DNA of 64,000 nucleotides from Paramoeba atlantica (taxonomy: Eukaryota > Protista > Discosea). Where the stretch lies: NCBI GenBank assembly GCA_977017575.1, contig CDRNVI010000139.1, positions 1 to 64,000 of the forward strand. Reading direction: 5' to 3'. The translations under genes were made by a program, and so were the position numbers. This document shows positions 26,001 to 38,246 of this stretch, piece by piece; position 1 is the first letter of the stretch, and each line of letters opens with the position of its first letter. The notes under the pieces were generated by a model, which did no database searches, had not been told where the DNA came from, and saw only the letters and a program-made list of their open reading frames with translations.

Positions 26001-29000
26001 AGAAAGAGAGAAGAAAGAGGAAGAGAGAGAGAGAAGAAAGAAAAGAAAGAGAGAAGAGAGAGAGAGGGAGGAAGAGAAAGAAAAGAGAGAGAAAGAGAAA
26101 GAGAAGAAAGAGAGAAGAGAGAAAGAAAGAAAAAAAAAACCTGATTTCTAAGTTTGCTAAGAAGAAGAGCATGTTGATCGGCAGCATCTTGATATTGTCC
26201 TTTCTTTCTTGAAATTCTCTCTTCAAATTGTTCTTTTATCTTGATTTTTTTTTTGTTGCAAAAGAGAAATTTTAAAATGAATTTTTAGTAATAAAAAAAA
26301 GGAGAATTTTTATTTATTTATTTATTTATTAATTTATTTATTATTATTTCTTGTTAATTTTGATTCTTTTCTTTTTTTTGGAGAAGGGATTTAAAAATAA
26401 TAAAAAAAAAACCTGTTCTTTTTGAATTTCCAAACCAGAAGAAGCAGCCTCATACGCTCTTTTTAACTCCCCAATCTATTTTTTTGTATTTTCAATTTTC
26501 TCTTTCTTCTTTCTTCTTTCTTCTTCTTTCTCTTCTTTCTTCTTCTTTCTCTTCTCTCCCTTTTCTCAGTTCTCTTAATCTCTCAGTCTCTCTCTTTCTA
26601 TTGAGCCTCTCTCTTCTCTCCCTCTCTCTTTCTCTTCTCTTTCTCCTCTCTTTCTCCTCTCTTCTCTTTCTCTCTTCTCTTTCTCTCTTCTTCTTCTTTC
26701 TCAACCTGGAGTTCAAGATCAGAACATTTTCTTCGATGGGAAGCAGCAGCAGCCGCCGTCTCCTCCACTTTGACTTTTATTTTGAAAATGAAAATTAGAA
26801 TTTTATTATTCTTATTTTTATTTTATTTGATGAGAGAAAGAGAGAAAGAGAAGAAAAGAGAAAGAAAGAGAGAAAGAAAGAAAGAGAGAAAGAGAGAAAA
26901 AGAGAAAGAAAAGAGAGAGAAAGAAAGAAAAAAAAGACTTACTCCTCGCAGTTGGACCATTGGCAGAAACAAAACGATCTTGAAGAATATCAATTTCAGT
27001 TTGTTTGGCAAGAAGATTGTCTTGTAAATCTAATATCACTTTTTCTGCGATTCCCATTTCGTTTAATTGTTCTTGGCATCTGTTGGTTTGTTGAGAGAGA
27101 GAAGAGATAAGAGAGAGAGAGAGGAAGGAGTAAGAGAAAAGAGGGAGGAAGGAGAGAAAAGAATTTTTTTAAAAAAAATTCAGAGAAAAGAGAGAGAGAG
27201 AGAGAGAAGAAAGAGAAAAAAGAAAAAAGAACTTTTTTCGTTGAAGAGTTAATTCTTTCATTTGTTGGTTCAAAGCAGGTCTTTCTTCTTCAGCAATGGC
27301 CACCGCTTCTGCCACCTATTCACACAAAATAAAAATTAATTCTTTTTTTTGTTTGTTTTAATTTTTTTAAATTAATTAATAAAAAAAAATTAAAAGATTT
27401 TTGAGAAGAAAGGATAGAGGAAAGAAAAAGAAAAGAAAAGAAAAAGAAAAAGAAAAAAGAAAAAGAAAAAAGAAGAACCTTGGCCGCTTTTTCAGATAAA
27501 ATTTGATAATTTTGTTTAATATCATTCAATGGCCCTGAAACATCTTCTTGTCCATCTCTTTCTTGTCTTATTTTATCTCTGTTTTTAAAAATGATGAGAA
27601 AGAGAGAGAGTGAGAGAGGAAAAGGAAAGAGAGTGAGTGAGAGAGAGGAAAAGAGAGAAGGAAAAAGAGAGAGTGAGGGGAGAGAGAGAGAGAAAGAGAT
27701 AAGAAAAGAGAAACCTCTTTTCTTGAGCAAGAAGAAGTTCTTCTTTCTTTCTTTTGAGGCCCTCTTCTCTCTCACGTACTCTCTCTTTCTTTTCTCTCAT
27801 TTCTTTCTTTCTCTTTTCACAATTTTCTTTTAGTTCATCCAAGTTTTCCTGATAATTGAAAAAGAGTCAAAGAAAAGAAAAAGAAAGAAAGATTGAAAAA
27901 AGAAGATGATAAAAGAAAGAGAGAAAGAAAAATACTTTAAGTTTGTCTCGATCAGAAAAGAGAGAAGAAGTTTCTTTCTCTGTTGTGATCAGTGCCTCTC
28001 CATGTTCAACAATCTGTTTTATTATAAATTCATAAATTATCTTTAAAAAAGAAAGAAAAAAATATTTTTAAAAGAATAATAAAACATTAAATTAATGAAT
28101 CAATTAATTTTTTAAAAAAAAAGACTCAAAAATCAAATTTTGAAAGAAAAAAAAACATTTTTTTCCATTGCAACCAAAAGAGCTTCCTCCTCTCCCAAAT
28201 CACGAAAAAGAGCTTCTCTCTCTTCTTGAACAATCTCCATCTCTTTTACCAAACTCTCCAAAGCAACTTCCGCCTCAACAGAAATTTCTTCTTCTTCTTC
28301 TTCAGAAAGAGAGAGAGAAGGAGAAGAAGAGGAAGAGGAAGAGGAAGAAGAAGAGGAGGAGGAAGGAGAGGGAGAAGAAAGAGGAGAAGAATCAAGGAGA
28401 AGAGAATCTTGTCCAGTGACTGATCTTTTCCATTCTGAGAGATTAAAGTCTTTTCCTTTCATTTTTAAGAGAAGTTGCTCTCTTTCTTTGATTTGCCCCT
28501 TGTTTCAAGAAAGAAAAAAGTTAATATTCAAACAAACAATCAAGAAAAGAAGAAATTAAGAAAAGGAATAATAAATTTAAGAAATAATAAAGAAAGAAAG
28601 AAACCTCAAGAATACGAATTCGTTCAGTCATTTTGGTAACCATTGCTTCCAATTGTTCCAACGATTTCTGTGAATTAACTTTTGCTGAATTTTTCACTTG
28701 TTTTGCTCTTTGTGCAAATCTAAGAATTTGATTAATTAGAATAGAAAATCATTAAATTCTCAGAATATAAGATTAGAGTCAAAAGAAAAAAATCCAAGAA
28801 GAAAGTTTCTTCTCCTTGAATCAAAAAAAGAAATCCCTCTCGGGATTTTCCTTTTCAAAAAAGAGAAATCATTCACAAAAGGCGCTGTGGCGGAGTGGTC
28901 TAACGCGGCAGACTGCTAATCTGTTTCCCTCCGGGGAGCGTGAGTTCGAATCTCACCGGCGTCGTTTATTTTTTTGGGTTTTTTTTTGCTGTCTGTTGCG

Positions 29001-31979
29001 TTAGACCACTCCGACACAACCCCTTTTGAGAAAGAATTCCATTTTCCAAAAATGAAAACTCGCCAGTGCTCGTCGGTTTCATGCTGGTGAACATGCTGGT
29101 GGAACACACTGCTTTTGTTATGAAACAAAATCCAGAGACTCTGCCTCCCCGTTGTAAAGGAAGTCAGCTCTCCTCCTGTGGCCATAAATGCACTCAAGAC
29201 TGCACCCAAAAGTGGATCATGTTCTTTCTTTCACTTCCTGTTGGACTTTGTCCTTGGACTTCCACTTGGACTTTCCACTTCTGGAGCACTGAATTGAAGA
29301 GCAACATGACAGTATTTCTTGAATCAAAAAATGGACCCTCCCAGATTTTCCTTTTCAAAAAGAGAAATCATTCACAAAAGGCGCTGTGGCGGAGTGGTCT
29401 AACGCGGCAGACTGCTAATCTGTTTCCCTCCGGGGAGCGTGAGTTCGAATCTCACCGGCGTCGTTTATTTTTTTGACTTTCTTTTTTGTTTCTGACATTT
29501 TCTTTGTCAAGACAAAAAAAAATTGGTGCCGGTGAGATTCGAACTCACGCTCCCATAGGGAAATATAGTTAAAGTACATCGCGTTAGACCACTCCGCCAC
29601 AGCCCCTTTTGAGAAAGATTTCCATTTTCCAAAAGTGAAAACTCGAGGAGGAACCAAAAGAAAACTCCAAGCGTCTCAGAAAGAAAAAATGAAAGAGAAA
29701 GTTGACCTTAAAGTTGACAGAGTCTCTGTAATATTAAAAACATGTTGAGAACAACACACAATCAGGGTGGTTTTTGAATTACCACCCAAACTCTCGCTCA
29801 AAATAAAAGTCAATTTTGAATCTCGGTAAGGAACATGCCCCTAAAAATAAATAAAAATCAAAAAAAACTTCTCCCATCTCCTTTTGTCTTTTCCTGCTCT
29901 TCTCTCTGAGTCTATTTGCCCAAAAACTGCAAAAAAAAAACCTTTTTAGCAGAAGAAAGAGAATTAATACAATTTCCAAGAGCGGACAAAGATTGATTAA
30001 TCTTTTTGGCTTCCTCAAGTGTGTTTCCTGTTGCTCCAGTTTTTCCAACACTCTCACTTCCTGTATTCCAGGAAAGTGTTATAATGAATAATTCATTTAA
30101 TAAAGAACAAGGGGGAAAAGAAACAAAACAGAACCTGCAAGATCTGCAAGATTCAGACGTCCAGTTTTTGTACCTCCATCAGGAGACTATCCACAAAAAA
30201 GAAATTAAAAACAACTCAACACAAACAATATTTTAAAAAAAACGAATCTCGCGTTCCCAAATCAATAAAAAAAAAAAACCAAAAACAAGACAAAAAAGAA
30301 AAAAAGAAAAAACAACAAAAAACCCAACGAAGAAATAAAAGAGAAAAAACCTTTTGAGTGACACTGATCATAAATAAAGAATGAGATCTCGATGATGACT
30401 CATTCATTCCAGTGGCTGTCACACTCCTATTCTTTTCACCTCTTAAGAGCAGTTGAAAGACTTCTTCCTGTTACAAAGTCAGCTAAAATTTATTTTCATT
30501 CTTTCAAATTAAATAAATAAATTAAATCAATAAAAACCTGAGAAGAAACGTAATGTTCAGAAAGGCCTTCAATCCATGCTCCACGATTGGGAGTTTGTCG
30601 AACTTTTAAAGCATCACCAATTTCCAACAAATCTTTGACCACTTCTTTATATATCTCCAAAAATGAACTGTTTATAATTGTTTAAATTGATTGAATGGAA
30701 CAAAGAGAAGAAAAGAGAATCGAGAAAAAAGAAAAGAGAAATATGAACCATTTAACTTCCCATTCTGCTCCAGTATTATCTTTGATGATATGTTCGAATA
30801 TGTGTTCACATGCTCTTGGAATTACTCCTCTGCTTTTCAGATAAGAAAAAAAAGAAAAGACCATACAAGAAATTGACTGAAACAAATAAAAGAAGGGAAA
30901 GAAAGAAAGTAAAGAAACAAAGAATAAAAACAAAAGAGCAAAATTCAATAAATAAAGAAATAAAGAAAGAACTTGTCTCGATCTTCCAAAATGCTGGGTC
31001 CGAACATAGTATGAGTCTTTCCCGCTCCAGTTTGTCCATAAGCGAAGATTGTCCCATTGTATCCTCTTTTAAGAAGAAAACAAGAAAAAAGGGGAAAGGA
31101 GGAAAGAGATATTGGGTTAAATATCAAAGAGAAAGAAAGAAAGAAAGAAAAGAAAAAAAAAAAGAAAAAAAAGAAAAAAAAAGAAAAAGAAAATAGAAAA
31201 AGAAAAGAGTGAAAAAAGAAAGCAAACTTCAAGACATCTTCAATGGTATCACGAGCGAGATAATTGTAAACATCTTGTTGGGATACACCTTGCACTGCAT
31301 CGAAGATTCGATCGAAAGCAAATTTCTATTTTTTATTTTTCAAAATGAATCAGAATTTTTGTTGACCTTTTTTTATTTATTTTGGGAAGAAGAGATAGAT
31401 ATAAAGATAGAGAGGAAGAGAGAAGCCAAAAAAATAAAATAAAAAATGAATAGAAGAAAAGGAAGGAAGAAAGGAAGAAAGAGAGAAAGATAAAAACAGA
31501 AAAGAAAAAAGATAGAAAAGAAAGAAAAAAGAAAAGAAAAGAAAAGAAAAGAAAAGAAAAGAAAAGAAAAAAGAAAGAAAAAAACCTCATTGCGATTTCC
31601 CTTTTCAACATTAGCAACTTCAACACAAGAACCATCCCCAAAAAACTTGAACAATTCTTCTTTGCTCTTTTTTCTTAATTCTTTGCTTTTTCCTTCCTGT
31701 TTTTCAATTTAAATTGTTTTTTTTTTTGAATTTGATTTTTTTGATTTTCTTGTCTTGTCTTGTTTTCGAGTTATTATCTTTCTTTTTCTTTTCTTCTCTT
31801 TTCTTCATTTTTCATGAATTTAATTTCTTCTCCTTCAAAAAATGAGCCATCATCCCCTTCCTCCCCAACACTCCCATCTGCCTCCCAATGATCCAAACCT
31901 CTTCTTTTTCGCGCTTATTAACAGGACGAAATCGACAACAGACCCGGATATTATTCCCAGATCCCTCGTCTTGGACCAT
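23080..31979 (-). CDS. Kinesin motor protein (kinesin-1-like head), long coiled-coil stalk, C-terminal PH domain; many introns
   Basis: [81 protein letters not shown] and [11 protein letters not shown]. Tail has [16 protein letters not shown]|YFVL...[15 protein letters not shown]; TAG at 23080. Confidence 0.9.
28881..28964 (+). tRNA. trnS: tRNA-Ser(GCT), copy 1, inside kinesin intron 28720-29706
   Basis: GGCGCTG/CGGCGTC acceptor stem with G73, GCAGA-CTGCTAA-TCTGT anticodon arm, long variable arm, GTTCGAATC, T-run terminator. Confidence 0.95.
28988..29023 (-). pseudogene. Truncated tRNA 5' half (GGGGTTGTGTCGGAGTGGTCTAACGCAACAGACAGC)
   Basis: Positional counterpart of the 29524-29606 tRNA in the first repeat unit, with the same upstream flank; broken off within a Ser(GCT)-like anticodon arm. 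Confidence 0.75.
29380..29463 (+). tRNA. trnS: tRNA-Ser(GCT), copy 2 (identical)
   Basis: Identical to copy 1, including about 35 bp of 5' flank. Confidence 0.95.
29524..29606 (-). tRNA. tRNA-Ser-derived tRNA gene with anticodon TTA (reads UAA; suppressor-like), discriminator A
   Basis: Reverse complement is GGGGCTG TG GCGGAGTGGTCTAACGC G ATGTA CTTTAAC TATAT TTCCCTATGGGAG C GTGAG TTCGAAT CTCAC CGGCACC A, followed by A and T9. A and B boxes are intact; there is one acceptor-stem mismatch (G3:A70). Confidence 0.75.
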
Positions 31980-32205
31980 CCTCTCTCTCTCTTTCCTTTC
32001 TCTTTCTCTTTTCTGGAAGAGAAAAAGTTTTTGAGGGGTTTTTTCAATGGTAATAAAAGACTAACAAAGTTTTTTCACACGTTTAAAAAAGAGATCGTTT
32101 TTTTTTGGATTTTTGTTTTGTTGTGATTTTTTGTTTTTCTGGGGTTTGAGAGACTTTGTTTTTTTTTTTGGAGAGGGTTATAAAGAAGCTTTCCTCTCCC
32201 AGGAG

Positions 32206-35200
32206 ATGGCGTTTTGGAAAAAGAAAGGTAGACCTAGAGCTATCTCGGATGATTCTCGGTCTGGAGGTCTTGTTCGTCGTCAGAATTCATCCTCCTCTGC
32301 GATTGCTCGCCGACGAGATCTTGAGAAGTTGCGAATCCAAATCCTTTTGGCAAGATTAGACCCTGATGTTCCTGAACCTTTTGAATCCAGCGCTTTTGCG
32401 AAGGCACTTGCTGAACAGCATGAAACAATGTTTTCTTCAGCTGAGAATCCAACCGAGAAATCAACCCGAAAGAACAGCCCGACGAAGACACGAAGAACTA
32501 TGACCAATCTTCCCCCAACATCACCAAAATCAAATTTTGAATCACTCGACAAAGCAAATAGCATCCAAAACATGATCTCAGCAAAGCCACGACCAAAACC
32601 AACCAAAGCAGCCACAGTCCCCCCTTCTTCTTTTTCTTCTTCACCCAAAACATCGACACTTCCCCCTTCTGCTCCTTTCCTCTTCGCAGAAGAAAGCCGG
32701 GTGTACGAAACCAAATCTCAGATAATCAAAAACAGACCACTCAGCGAGCTCCCCCCAAAAAAGAAAGGACAATCTCTCTCGGTTGATCAACCCACTTATT
32801 CAGCTCCACAGTTACAATCTCCAACAACAAGTCCTAAAAAATCTCGACCCTTGATGCACTTGAGGAACAATCCAAAAAGTAAACAAGCAGGAATGGCAAA
32901 TTTACTTCGCTCACAAGAGAGAGAACACGAAACAGGTGGACCAGGACGACAACTCAGACCTGCATCAGAAGGGAAATCGGATAGTGCACAGAAGATAGAG
33001 AGAAAGGTTCGAAAAATTGGCATTTCAAAATTATCAGAAACGAGAGAGGGTCGTTTGGAGATTTCTCTTGCTCGTAAGAACCAGAGGTCTTTGTCTGCTG
33101 CTCCTTTGCTGTCCTCGTCTGGCGCAAAAAATCTTCCTGGAAATGAGGGAAAGGAGAGTAGCGAAAAGAAGGGGGACAGTGAAAATCAGGAAGAAGGAAA
33201 GGGAACAGTTGAAGTCAATAGTGAAGAGGATGGAGATGATGAATCGAAAAAAACTGAAAGTGATTCTTCTCCTCTCCTTCAAGAAGAAAGTTTCGACCAA
33301 GCGATTGACGATTTTGTTGATCCATTCGATGATGATGAAGGAAAAGAAGTGGTCGATGACGAATCCGATATCCCAGCTTATGACCTTCAAAGAGTCGTTC
33401 GTAGCCCCTCAATCACTCGAAAATTTGTGCCTGAATCTTCAGACTCTTATACTTCAACCATTTCAAGTTTTGAGACTTCAGCTATTTCAAGTATGGATAC
33501 TTCAACTATTTCAAGCATGGATACTTCAACTATTTCAAGTATGGATTCGTCTCCCGCAACCGATTCAGAAACTTCTTCTTCCTCCCTTTCAGTCCCGGAT
33601 GCTTATACAATTGACCCTTTTATGGGGAGTTTTGAGAGCAGGGAAACGACAAACAACCCAACCTCAGCTTTGAATTCTCTTGGAGATGCTTACTCTGTTG
33701 ATCCATTTGACAAGTCAGAAGAAGAAGAGCCCACTCTCCAAAAAGGAGATGAGAGGCAGAAGGGGGAAAAGAAAGAAGAGAATGAAGAAGAAGAACAAAG
33801 AAAAGAGAAGAGACCAAGTAGCGCGAGTTTATATACATCTGCATCAGGATCTCTTTTGAATTTTGATTCGGATCAGCCTGTTTCAGATGGTGATTGGAAT
33901 GGACGTTATCAAGAAATGGTTGCTTCGTTTAAATCTGCTTCACTTCATAATATCGTTTGTATTTTTCTTCCATTTCTTAATTATCCTTCATTCCTCACAT
34001 GAAAAAAACTCATTTTTTTTTTTAGGCTCGACATGAGTCAGGGGTTTTGGATTTAATTCGATTAAATCAAGACTTCTTGGTCAACGCCGAAACTTATGGG
34101 CGTATTATTATTATGGAGCGACATCTCCCTGCTCAAAGTAGCGACGGTGTTCGTCATTTCCTTTCCTTTTGAATAATTAATAATTCTTCCCCAAATCTGA
34201 ATCTCCCTTCCAGCAAACAAGAGGTTTTACCAAAAATATTCACCCAATCAACGTGGGTGGACGCGCAGGAGGAGAAAAATACATCATCAACAACATCCTT
34301 TTTAAATTTGCGGTCGATGTCCATAAGTTGTATGGATCGGATTACGCTGCTGCAAAAGCTGCTGGCAATGAACTGAGAGGATTGACGGCATTCTTTAACA
34401 ACACAGATAGTGAAATTTGCTTCCCTTTTATGGGTTTGATTGACTTTTTGGGGGTCCGATTGATTGCGATGAGTCTTCTGCCAATTTCTTCACAGACATT
34501 GGTGTATGGGACAGCGGATGGAGGGCACACTGTTTACAATGATAACCCTGCATTGTCTCAGTTAATCAAGAAGGCGTGTAAGAAGCTGAACTTGTCAGCG
34601 CATCAGTGTGGATTACGGAAAGAGATTGTCAAGACTCTGTATTCTGCGGCGGATGTAGAGGGTCATACTGGGTATGATGGTCGGTTTTATTGCTTAGATT
34701 TTGCGAGAATGTTTCCTCCTACAACGCCTGATCGTCGTATTTATCGAGGGTATCTTTATCAGGTTAAATTCTTACCATATTTCCTTCTTTCTCCTTTTCT
34801 TCTAATTTTGAACCTGATAATAGATGATGCGACCAGAGTTAATCCAAAAAACTCAAAAATTATGTGCTGATACTTATTCGGGGTTTATTGCTCATGATCC
34901 GAGAAGGAGTTTGTTTGAAGCACAGGTCGATACTGTCACCCAAGTCCTTAAAACAAAACATGTCACAATGGTTTTGTGTTTTGTTATTTCTTTTTCTTTT
35001 TTTCAAATTATTTCCAACCTTTTTTTTTTCTCCTCCAGGTTGGGAAAGAGATCAACATGTGGAGTTCCAGACTTAAAAGAAAAAATCTTCCACATCTACC
35101 AGAGATGTTACACAGAAGAGGTGTAAATATCAGATATCTTGGTCTTTTGCTTCAGATTGTGAGTATCCCTGCTGGGAGGATGTTAGTTATTTTGGAGGGC

Positions 35201-36544
35201 GCTGCAAGGGTGATTAAAAATAAGTTAAGAGAACATATGAGGAATGCTAGTGAAAAGGTTTTTATTTTTTGTTGATTTTTGTGATGTGTATTTTATACTT
35301 TAATTATTTTCCTTCCTTAATCTCCTTGTTGGAGGAGGGTGGGTTGATTTTAATTGATCTTTATTTCTTTTTTAGCTTAAAATTCCTATGGAGGCACCAT
35401 ACAGAGAATTAGTTGTGGATATGATGAATCGCTGCTTAGCTGGGGATGGCGAAACTTTTTCTTTCTGGAAGGATGAAATTGTTCCTGAGATGAAATTGCG
35501 ATTTAGTTTCGAGGAATTTAGTTGGGAAAAAGATTGCCCGATCGTTTTTGGTGACAAGAGAGAAATGGGGAAACCCAGAGACGGAGAGGAGAAAGAGAAA
35601 GGAGAAGAGAAGGAGAAAATGGAAAATGCGGAGATTGCCAAAGGATTGATCAAATTGTTGTCGACACAGTTGCCGGATACAGATAAAAATGGGAGATGGG
35701 TTGTCTTTAATCGAGTTCAAGAGATGATAGGTTTTTTATTTCATTTTAAATTTTGTGATCTTTCTTTAATATTATTTTTTTTATTTAAATAAAATTTCTG
35801 ATTCTGATTCTCTCTTTTTTGTTAGGAATTCGGTTTTCTGAAAGTGTGAACAAAAAATGCCAAACTGCAACAGAACTAACTCTCGACGAAGTGGACCTTG
35901 AACGTCTCTCAGTCAAAGTAAAACATCAATCTTTTGTCAATACCATCCAAGGCCTCTTCTTTTACTCCAAAGGACTCAGAGAGATGGACGAACATAAATC
36001 TCGACATCTCTTTATTCGAGCCATCAAAAGCTATGAACAATGCCTCCAAACTGATCCAACAAATCTCCTCTCTCTCCTGAATGCGGCAGAGTGCTATTAC
36101 AAACTCGCTTTATTTGAAACTTCTGGAGGAAGAGCAATGAATTCAGTTGTACTTGATACAAGTTCAGATCGAGTGAGTGCAGCAGATACTCTCTACCATC
36201 GGGCAATTCAAGCAAATCGAGAAGAACCACAAACCTATTATTTCTATGCTCGGTTTCTTGAGAATTCGAATCAGTTGACAAGAGCAGAAAAGTTTCATCT
36301 CCAAGGTCTTGAAGTTTGTCCCATCTCTTCTGTCAATCTCTATGGATATGCGAGGCTGTTGAGAAATCTTGGACAAGATCTTTGGGCAGAAGCATTTGAA
36401 GAGAAGGCAGGCAGGTGTTCTCTTCGAGAGACAGCCCAGAATGATACCAATGAACAATCAGCTCCTGGAAAGAACTCTTTTTCTTGGGCTGAGAAATTGA
36501 AAAAAATGGATTCGAAAGATTGTCAAAAAAAGAATGCTCCTTAA
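32206..36544 (+). CDS. Clu-domain (clustered mitochondria/eIF3-p135-like) protein with a long low-complexity N-terminus and C-terminal TPRs
   Basis: GGRAGGEKYI..NILFKFAVD, AAAKAAGNELRG, LIDFLGVRLIAMSLLPI, LVYGTADGG, DVEGH.G.DGRFYCLDFARMFPP, EMLHRRGVNIRYLG, and TPR-like YYFYARFLE. The start may include an ATG-only exon at 32047-32049. Confidence 0.85.
33451..33546 (+). repeat. 4 x 24-bp coding tandem repeat (TSTISSMD)
   Basis: acttcaactatttcaagtatggat units; protein TSTISSFE TSAISSMD TSTISSMD TSTISSMD. Confidence 0.9.
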
Positions 36545-36658
36545 TTTTGTAATAAATATCGATATTTATTTGATCCAGAAATCGATCACTTTGTGTTGCT
36601 GATTTTTTGAAAGTCAATTAACATTTTGGAGACAGATCTCGCATTTAGCAAATCTTCT

Positions 36659-38246
36659 TCACAACATTTCCTCACCTCCAGTTTCAAAGATTTGATCGAT
36701 ACAAAGTTGGGTCATTTCAAAGGGCAACCAACACAAATAATTTTCTTTTTTGGTACCGTGCCAGATTAACCAGAACTTCGCACTAAGTTCTCCATACTAT
36801 TTGCCGTTTCTGTAAACAAAAAGAAGAGAGAAAGAAAAGAAAAGGAATAGAATGGGAGGAAGAAAAATACCTTGTCATTCAGATTTAAGCGATGGTCAAT
36901 TCGTTCGAGCATCTCAGTCGACAAAAAGTTCCCCATCCATAAACTAAAAAAACAATCATCTCTTCAGTCAAAAATCTTCTTCAAATTTCAACAACAAATA
37001 AAAAAAAGATACTCAAGAGAAGTAAGAGTTCGATTGAAGAATAAGGAGTTCAACATGAAAGTGGCGCTCGCATCATCTATTAAATTGTACCACAACCTTC
37101 ATTTTCCACACAATATTAATTCATCAATCAATCACAAAAAAGAAATGAGTAAGGAAGAGAGAATACGTGAGGTGTTGGAGGGTATTGTTGTGTCGGAGAC
37201 AATCAGCAATTGCTTGAGCTCCCTTTCCTGAGATACTGTTTCTTGCCAAACTGTGGTTGAACAATGTTCAGTGAAAAGATAAATTTTAAAAAAGAATGAG
37301 ATTCAAAAATTTTAAAAATCAAAAGAAGAAGAAGAACTTGAGAGAATGAAGTGTTGTATTAACATAAAGAGAATCTAAAAGAGAACTGGCTCCCTCGTTC
37401 CCCAAATCATTATAATAAACACTAAAAAAACAAAACCAAAAAAAAAAAAGAATGAGTCTCTCATCAAAATCTCTTTCCTTGTCCAAACAAAAATAAAAAT
37501 AAAATATCTCAAAAAAATAAATAAAAAAAAACTCAAGAAGTTGAAGAGAGGAGTTTGCGACAAGTGCATCAGCGAGAGCATCACCCCCTTTCTCATTTAG
37601 ATTATTCCCTCCTACTCTACAAGAAGAAGAAATGACTCAATCTTTCGAAAAATTGTTTTCATTTGATTTTCATTATAGAGAGAGAGAGAGAGAGGAGAGA
37701 GAGAAGGTGAGTGAAAGAAAACCGAAAAATTTTTAAAGTTGAATTGGACTTGAGTGCATTAGCAATGTATTCAACACCATCATCCCCAATCTCATTGACT
37801 GAAATGCTTTATGACACAGAATGAAAGAAAAATAAGAGAAGAGAAAGAGAAGAGAAAAGAAAAGAAAAGTAAGAGGAACTCGAGTTCTGTAAGAGTTGTA
37901 TTGGTTTGGAGTGTGTTGGCAATATGAATTGCACCTTCTTTGGTGATTCGATTTGCTGTCAAACTTTTCAAAAAAAAGATAAGTTCAAAGAAAAAGAACT
38001 GAAAGAAAAAAAAGAGAAAAAGGATAAAAAGAAAAAATACTCTAGAGAACGAAGCTTCGAAGAATTTGAAGCAAGACGACGGAAAAGAATTTGGACTCCT
38101 TCATCTCCAATCCTCTCAGACGCCAAACTGTAAAAAGAGCAAAAGAGAATTATACTTTTTCCACCCCCAAAAAAGAAAGAACAAAGATTCAAAATTCAAA
38201 ACTCAAGAGAGGTTTCAGAATGGTATCTCTGGAGGATCTCCTCCAT
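36659..38246 (-). CDS. RNI-like leucine-rich repeat protein (NLRC3/CARMIL-type 28-aa repeats), about one repeat per exon
   Basis: LASERIGDEGVQIL, LTANRITKEGAIHIANTL, ISVNEIGDDGVEYIANAL, VGGNNLNEKGGDALADAL and LARNSISGKGAQAIADCL; last exon ...WLPFEMTQLCIDQIF...TGA. Confidence 0.85.

Noticed and set aside
36790-36815. Apparent premature stop in the last LRR exon
   Set aside because: Using the downstream aaatag acceptor gives an open YGELSAKFW... frame.
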